The notes beneath the pieces were generated by a model that was given only the letters and a program-made list of their open reading frames with translations, did no database searches and had not been told where the DNA came from. From Nitrospirota bacterium (GTDB lineage: Bacteria; Nitrospirota; Leptospirillia; Leptospirillales; Leptospirillaceae): a stretch of DNA of 64,000 bases. This document shows, piece by piece, positions 58,538 to 64,000 of the stretch. The first letter of the stretch is position 1, and every line of letters begins with the position of its first letter. The position numbers and the translations under genes were made by a program. The DNA lies in assembly GCA_021816465.1 (NCBI GenBank), contig JAKAYF010000001.1:14341-78340 (forward strand). The letters are read 5' to 3'.

Positions 58538-60223
58538 ATGTCCGGGATACTGGGAACCCTTAACATAGGAACATCGGGAATCGAGGCCAACCAGGCCGGA
58601 CTTTCGACGGCCGGAAACAATATTGCCAATGTCCATACTCCCGGCTATACCCAGGAAGAGGTGGTATTCGACCAGAATGTTCCGGGGGACGGCTCTCCGG
58701 GGATGGTCGGGAACGGAGTTCGCGGAGAGTCTGTCCGTCGGGTGGTGAACCAGTTTCTGGACAACCAGATGGTCCGGCAGAAGACCAAGCTCGGGTTTTA
58801 TGAGGCGAGCCGGATCTCTCTTGGAGAAATCGACTCATTCTTCGCAAATGCCCAGTCCCAGGGTCTTGCCAGGCACCTGTCCTCCTACATGAGCGCATGG
58901 GAAACAGTGGCGAACCATCCGCTGGACAGAGCCGCGAGGGCTTCCCTGATTTCGAACGGGAAAACAATGTCCACGGATTTCCATGAAATGGCCGGGCTCT
59001 ATTCCCAGTCGAGAGACCGCCTGGGACAGATGGTTCAGGAAGATGTCGCCAGGGTCAATGTCGATCTCGGAAAAATTGCGGCGCTCAACCGCCAGATCAT
59101 CAAGGCTCGTTCGGGAGGGGAAAGCCCCAATACCCTGATTGACCAGAGATCTGTTCTGGCGTCAAGGGTCTCGAAGGCGTTGGACGCGCATTTTTTCCAG
59201 GATCGAAAAGGCGCCATGACGCTTCACCTCGGGGGACAGATCTCGGTGTCGGACGTGGAAAACGGAACGCTTTCCTCCCGGATCGACCCGGTAACGGATA
59301 CGGTCCGCATCCTGATCGACCCTCCCGGACATTCGGGTTCGGGACCGATCGACATCACGGACCGGATCAAGGGCGGGACGATCGGAGGCTATCTGAACGT
59401 GCGTGATGTGAAGATCAAGAACCTCGAGCAGCATCTTGATGTTCTTGCCCACTCCGTCATCAATCACGTGAATGCGGTTCATGCATCCGGTTATGGCCTG
59501 TCAGGGGCGACGGGGGTCAACTTCTTTCACCCGACCGTCATGGTGACCCGGGATGGCCAGTCGAGCGGTGTCACCGTCGTCGCCAATGCCATCGAGCCCA
59601 ATCGGGCGGATCATCCCCTGACTGTTTCGGTTTCCGGAGGAAAAGTGACGGTAACCGACGGACGAACCGGTGCTGTTGTCGCAACAAGCCAGATTGCCGG
59701 CGGTGCCGGAACGCTCAAGGTCGACGGCTATTCCCTCCGGATTACGACCTCCGGAAAAGCTCCCGGCGGAACCTTTCATGTTTCCGGCGGAAATGACATC
59801 ACCGGCGCGGCACTTTCCATGGAGGTCGCAGTCAAGGATCCGGCCGATCTTGCTGCAGCCAGGCACCCGGTTTCCCAGGGGAAAAATGCGGGAGACAACA
59901 GGAACGCCCACGACCTTTTCGGGCTTTTGTCCGACCGTGTCCATTTTGCCGGGACGGACAGGACCGCCACCCTTCATGACTTTTATTCCCAGACAGTCGC
60001 CCAGATCGGTTCCTGGTCACGGGAGGCGAGAGACAACTACAAGGCCCAGATGGTCATTGAAAAAGGACTGAAAAATCAAAGGATGTCCGTATCGGGTGTC
60101 TCCATCGCCGATGAATCGGCGAGGATCATCCAGTACGAAAAAGCCTATCAGGCCTCTGCAAGTCTGGTGCAGATGACCAACCGCCTCCTTGATACCCTTG
60201 TCCATCTGCCAAACCAGTCCTAG
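58538..60223 (+). CDS. flgK: Hook-associated protein FlgK
   Basis: NNIANVHTPGY, G.GV, SVSGVS...E...I.YEKAYQASA. Confidence 0.94.
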   Translation: MSGILGTLNIGTSGIEANQAGLSTAGNNIANVHTPGYTQEEVVFDQNVPGDGSPGMVGNGVRGESVRRVVNQFLDNQMVRQKTKLGFYEASRISLGEIDSFFANAQSQGLARHLSSYMSAWETVANHPLDRAARASLISNGKTMSTDFHEMAGLYSQSRDRLGQMVQEDVARVNVDLGKIAALNRQIIKARSGGESPNTLIDQRSVLASRVSKALDAHFFQDRKGAMTLHLGGQISVSDVENGTLSSRIDPVTDTVRILIDPPGHSGSGPIDITDRIKGGTIGGYLNVRDVKIKNLEQHLDVLAHSVINHVNAVHASGYGLSGATGVNFFHPTVMVTRDGQSSGVTVVANAIEPNRADHPLTVSVSGGKVTVTDGRTGAVVATSQIAGGAGTLKVDGYSLRITTSGKAPGGTFHVSGGNDITGAALSMEVAVKDPADLAAARHPVSQGKNAGDNRNAHDLFGLLSDRVHFAGTDRTATLHDFYSQTVAQIGSWSREARDNYKAQMVIEKGLKNQRMSVSGVSIADESARIIQYEKAYQASASLVQMTNRLLDTLVHLPNQS

Positions 60224-60258
60224 GAGTCCATGATGAAAGAGTCGGGGGAAGACAGAAA

Positions 60259-61197
60259 ATGATCCGGGTAACAGGGCTTATGACCGGACGGGAAGTGGTC
60301 GACGCCCATGATCGTTCGATCGAAAATCTCTATGATGTCGACCGGCAGATCTCATCGGGAAAGCGCTTTGAAAAACCGGGGGATGCTCCCGAGCGGATGG
60401 GAGAATCTCTTCGTGTCAACCGGACCCTTGCTGTGGCGAGACAGGTTGTGGAAAATGCCCGTGAGGGAGTTGTCAGGCTTCAGCTGATGGAAAGCATCAT
60501 GGATCAGGTCGGTGCTCTTGTGATCCACGCCAAGGCTATGGCAGTGAGGATGTCGAACGATACGATGGTTCCCGAAAATCGGCGGGTGGAGGCCCAGGAG
60601 ATGCTTCGGGTCCTTGAGCAGATCGTTTCCCTTGCCAATACAAAGTCCGGGGAGCAGTACCTGTTTTCGGGGACGAATGTCACCGTCGAGCCGTTTGTGT
60701 TCCCGGATCCCAGGAACCATCCGGCCTCTGTCGCCTACCAGGGGAACGATTCCCGGTCTTACGTCCAGCAGGGATTTACCTCGAGCGTCCGGGAAGCGGG
60801 ACTCATGCGGGTGTCGGAGGTGGGATCGAAGATGCTGGGAGACAGCGTCTCGGATCCCGGTGGATCGAGCCTTCTGCCGGTCATGCGGCGGTTTATCAAT
60901 GCGCTCAATGCAAATGATACCCAGGGGATCCGCTCCTCGATCGATTCCCTGGAAGCGGCCAGCCATCAGATAACAGAGAAGGCCGCTGTTCTCGGAACCC
61001 GGGAAAGATCCCTGAGAAGAACCCTTCACCGGCTTGAACGATACCGGATCAGCCTGAAGACGCTGAAAAGCGAAAACGAGGATGTGGATATCGCAAAGGC
61101 GGTTTCTGAACTCTCCCTGAACCAGAACCTTCTGGCGGTTTCCACAAAAGCCTCCAGAAACATCATTCAAAATACCCAAAATGCCCTGTTCTCCTGA
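60259..61197 (+). CDS. flgL: Hook-associated protein FlgL
   Basis: QISSGKR..KPGD.P, AN...G.QYLFSG, EDVDIA. Confidence 0.9.
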   Translation: MIRVTGLMTGREVVDAHDRSIENLYDVDRQISSGKRFEKPGDAPERMGESLRVNRTLAVARQVVENAREGVVRLQLMESIMDQVGALVIHAKAMAVRMSNDTMVPENRRVEAQEMLRVLEQIVSLANTKSGEQYLFSGTNVTVEPFVFPDPRNHPASVAYQGNDSRSYVQQGFTSSVREAGLMRVSEVGSKMLGDSVSDPGGSSLLPVMRRFINALNANDTQGIRSSIDSLEAASHQITEKAAVLGTRERSLRRTLHRLERYRISLKTLKSENEDVDIAKAVSELSLNQNLLAVSTKASRNIIQNTQNALFS

Positions 61198-61221
61198 CAG
61201 ATCAACGGGTGGAGGTGGAAA

Positions 61222-61503
61222 ATTTTAATCCTGACGCGCAAGGTCGGTGAGGGAATTACGATCGGCGATGGCATCCGCATCGTCGTGATCGAGGTCAAGG
61301 GCGCAAGCGTAAGGCTTGGAGTGGAAGCTCCCGCCGATATGTCCGTCCACAGGGACGAGGTCTTTGAAAGGATCATGGAAGAAAATCGCAAGGCAGCGAC
61401 AACAACTCCCGACCAGATGAAGTTTCTGAACAGCCGGTATGCCAAAAAACAGAAAGTGTCGGGAGATAATCCCCCAAAAAGCCCGGGGGAGGGAGGCAAA
61501 TGA
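61222..61503 (+). CDS. csrA: Carbon storage regulator CsrA with apparent ATT start codon
   Basis: ATT TTA ATC CTG ACG CGC AAG gives (M)[15 protein letters not shown]..., then [13 protein letters not shown]; GGAGGT 5 nt upstream. Confidence 0.9.
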   Translation: MLILTRKVGEGITIGDGIRIVVIEVKGASVRLGVEAPADMSVHRDEVFERIMEENRKAATTTPDQMKFLNSRYAKKQKVSGDNPPKSPGEGGK

Positions 61504-61958
61504 CAATCGAGACAACCCGTTTCGGGACCATTCCTCTGGATCCTGAACGCATACTGACCTTTCCGGAGGGGATCCTGGGATTCCCCGGGCTGACCCGCTA
61601 TCTGCTCCTGGAGACAGGGGAGAACAGTCTTTTCTATTGGCTCCAGTGCGTGGATGATCCATCCCTGGCGTTTGTTGTCATGGATCCCCTGGAGCTTGTT
61701 CCGGATTATGCGGCCAGGGTTTTGGCCGCCTTGCCCGATCCGGGATTCCAGGTGGCGGACCTGAGCCTTATGGTGGTGGTGACGATACCCGGTGATCATA
61801 TGGATCAGATGACCGCCAACCTGCAGGGCCCCCTGGTGGTTCGTCCGGGGGACCGGACCGGGAAGCAGTTTGTTCTTTTTGAAGATGACGGATGGCTTCG
61901 TTATCCGCTTTTTTCGGCCGAGCAGTCCTCAAGCGCCGGGACATCGGGAGAGTCCTAA
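61500..61958 (+). CDS. fliW: Flagellar assembly factor FliW
   Basis: [32 protein letters not shown]. Confidence 0.95.
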   Translation: MTIETTRFGTIPLDPERILTFPEGILGFPGLTRYLLLETGENSLFYWLQCVDDPSLAFVVMDPLELVPDYAARVLAALPDPGFQVADLSLMVVVTIPGDHMDQMTANLQGPLVVRPGDRTGKQFVLFEDDGWLRYPLFSAEQSSSAGTSGES

Positions 61959-61982
61959 AGTATTTCCCCTATTCTCCGAAGA
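61956..61982 (+). promoter_or_regulatory. Sigma28-like promoter upstream of flagellin copy 2
   Basis: TAAA-N15-TCCGAAGA. Confidence 0.6.
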
Positions 61983-62097
61983 GAGTCTGGAGGGGGCGTC
62001 ACCCACGAAACAGGTGAGGTGGAAGTGCTCCGTGACAAACACCATCGTCAGGGACCGGGAAAGGGGAAGAGGTCGTTTGACAGGCTGAAAAAAAAGA

Positions 62098-62135
62098 ACG
62101 GTCCAAGGATTGGACCGTGAATACAACCAAGGAGG
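62098..62135 (+). promoter_or_regulatory. CsrA-binding sites in the flagellin leader
   Basis: Hairpin ACGGTCCA-AGGAT-TGGACCGT with GGA in the loop; second AAGGA overlapping the SD. Confidence 0.65.
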
Positions 62136-62141
62136 GCAATC

Positions 62142-62969
62142 ATGAGTGGAATGATCATCAATGACAACATTGCATCGATGAATGCGCAGTACAACCTGAA
62201 CCGGACCCAGGAAGCCCTGGCGAAGCATATCAACCGGCTCTCTTCCGGATATCGCGTGAATTCGCCGGCGGATGATCCTGCCGGATATGCCATCAGCCAG
62301 AGAATGGGCGGACAGGTGCTTTCTTACAATGCCGCGATCAGAAATGCCAATGATGGTACCCATCTGCTCCAGACGGCGTCCGGTGCACTGATGACCGACA
62401 ATACGCTGCTTCTGAAGATGCGTCAGCTGGCGATCCAGGCGGCCAACGGCACTTATTCCGACAAAGATCTGAAGGTGTTGAACCAGGAATATCAACACTT
62501 GAATTCTGAAATTTCCCGTATCGCGCGGGTTACCGACTTCAATGGAATGAAGATTCTCGATGGCAGCCATTCGGAGTTCAAGTTCCATGTCGGTATCTAC
62601 ACATCGATCGATGACCGCCTTTCGGTCAAGATGGGCAAGCTCGATTCCAGTTCCCTCGGCATCGCTTCCACCAAGATCCTTGACAGGAGCAATGCGAAGG
62701 ATGCGATTGACCGGCTCGATTCGGCCCTTGAAAAGATCACTCAGGTGCAGGGTTCGATCGGCGCCATCCAGAACCGGATGGAATGGACAATCAAGAACCT
62801 GAACAACGCGACAACAAACGTGCAAGCATCGCGGGCGGGGATCAGGGACGTGAATTTTGCATCGGAAACAGCAGCTTTTACCAAGCGGCAAATTCTTTCC
62901 CAATCCGGCGCAGCGGTCCTGGCCCAAGCAAATCTGATTCCTCAGGCTGCGATCAAGCTGCTCCCTTAG
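62142..62969 (+). CDS. fliC: Flagellin (copy 2, probable major)
   Basis: RLSSGYRVNSPADDPAG, IGAIQNRME, IRDVNFASE, QANLIPQ. Confidence 0.95.
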   Translation: MSGMIINDNIASMNAQYNLNRTQEALAKHINRLSSGYRVNSPADDPAGYAISQRMGGQVLSYNAAIRNANDGTHLLQTASGALMTDNTLLLKMRQLAIQAANGTYSDKDLKVLNQEYQHLNSEISRIARVTDFNGMKILDGSHSEFKFHVGIYTSIDDRLSVKMGKLDSSSLGIASTKILDRSNAKDAIDRLDSALEKITQVQGSIGAIQNRMEWTIKNLNNATTNVQASRAGIRDVNFASETAAFTKRQILSQSGAAVLAQANLIPQAAIKLLP

Positions 62970-63072
62970 CCAGAGCGCCGAAGCACAGATAGGGCCGGGA
63001 TATAAGTCATAGGGGGCGACGGACCATTCGTTCGGCGCTTCAACAAAGAACACCGTTGGGGGGAGGTTGTCT

Positions 63073-64000
63073 GTGAGCGGGATTTCAGGAAGCATGGGGT
63101 CACTTCCAGGTGACCACCCCTCCCATCGGATGCGTATTTCCAACATGGCGGCTTTGTCACAGAACCTCGACACCGATGCTTTGGTCGAGGCGAACATGAA
63201 GGCTGCGGAAGTTCCCCTGGTTGAGCTTCAGCAGACGCAGGCCCAGCAGACTCAATTGCAGTCGGTCTGGAGAGCTCTTCAAAAAAAACTTGAGGATTTC
63301 AAGAATACGGCAGAATCTCTCCATCTCGAAGGCAATTTCAACGCCTTCAAGGCGCAAACGCCTCCCAATTCCGGATTTACCCTGACTCCATCGGATAATG
63401 CCCACATAGGCCATCACGATATTTCGGTGGCATCTCTCGCCCGTCCCGGCGTTGTCGTTTCCTCGGGGCTTCCCGATCCCGACAAGGCCTCGGTCCTGAA
63501 TATTCCTCCGGATGGGGCACTATCCCATGGCATCATCACGTTTTTGATCGGCGACCACCTGATCGGCGGCAGATACAAGACGATCCACATTGACCAGTCG
63601 TCGGGATTTACGCTGAACGATCTTGCCAGCGCGATCAACAAGGCAAAAATCGGGATTCATGCGATGGTCATGAGAACCGGCCAGCCCGGGCGTCCCTATT
63701 CCCTTTCCCTGTCCTCCTCCAAAAACGGTCTTAATTTTCGTGTTGCGGGGACGGAAGGGATCGGGATGTCCTTTCACGTGGTCCAGAAGGCCAGCATGGC
63801 CCATCTGACGGTCGATGGGGTTCCGGTAGTCTCCTCTTCGAACGACGTCAAGGATGCCGTTCCCGGAACAGTTCTTCATCTCGTTGCCCCCACGGCGGGA
63901 ACCGCTCCCGTGGGGGTATCGATCGTCCATGACCGGAAGAAGATCACGTCGAATATCCAGGCCTTTGTCAAAAGCTATAATGACCTGATCGGCTTCATTG
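63073..64000 (+). CDS. fliD: Flagellar filament cap FliD (partial, runs off the window)
   Basis: GTG after GGGAGG; frame open to the end; LDTDALVEA, TLNDLASAIN, LTVDGV...SSN...VPG, IQAFVKSYNDL. Confidence 0.88.
   Translation, partial: MSGISGSMGSLPGDHPSHRMRISNMAALSQNLDTDALVEANMKAAEVPLVELQQTQAQQTQLQSVWRALQKKLEDFKNTAESLHLEGNFNAFKAQTPPNSGFTLTPSDNAHIGHHDISVASLARPGVVVSSGLPDPDKASVLNIPPDGALSHGIITFLIGDHLIGGRYKTIHIDQSSGFTLNDLASAINKAKIGIHAMVMRTGQPGRPYSLSLSSSKNGLNFRVAGTEGIGMSFHVVQKASMAHLTVDGVPVVSSSNDVKDAVPGTVLHLVAPTAGTAPVGVSIVHDRKKITSNIQAFVKSYNDLIGFI

Noticed and set aside
60259-61503. FlgL-CsrA fusion by stop-codon readthrough (same frame)
   Set aside because: A strong SD at ideal spacing before ATT explains independent initiation, and an N-terminal fusion would probably block CsrA function.
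61929-63197. 422-aa minus-strand ORF
   Set aside because: Antisense to flagellin and the fliD start; no protein-family signal.
1-64000. CRISPR arrays, tRNA/rRNA genes, transposases, integrases, prophage or defence genes
   Set aside because: No regularly spaced repeats, cloverleaf structures or relevant protein motifs were seen by eye; a dedicated scan was not possible.

Overview
Core-genome-like, gene-dense window of moderate GC, almost entirely on the + strand. Gene content and order suggest a Nitrospirota bacterium, probably Leptospirillum-like (inference). Contents in order: ferredoxin and a cobalamin-binding radical SAM gene; rplM-rpsI-argC-argJ; rpsB-tsf-pyrH-frr-alr-mlaEFD; a System II cytochrome c maturation cluster; priA-nrdR-glyA-rpiB on the - strand; two tandem thymidylate-kinase-fold genes converging on ppx; a four-gene envelope locus; a ubiE/radical SAM/ubiC/ubiA quinone cluster; an arg/lys/dap operon ending in recD; and a flagellar cluster from flgF to a truncated fliD. 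No rRNA, tRNA, CRISPR array or mobile element was recognised. The most notable observations are: (1) two paralogous small exported ORFs, each with a CxH..ECHH motif followed 49-50 residues later by a C-terminal PPR motif, upstream of a beta-barrel whose mature N-terminus is CxxC, which may be a tandem metal-sensing ribosome-stalling switch; (2) the kinase pair next to ppx, a candidate bacterial heteromeric polyphosphate kinase (PPK3-like); (3) csrA apparently starting at ATT; (4) a methyl-plastoquinone-type biosynthesis cluster. All calls come from reading the sequence and recalled family motifs; no searches were run.
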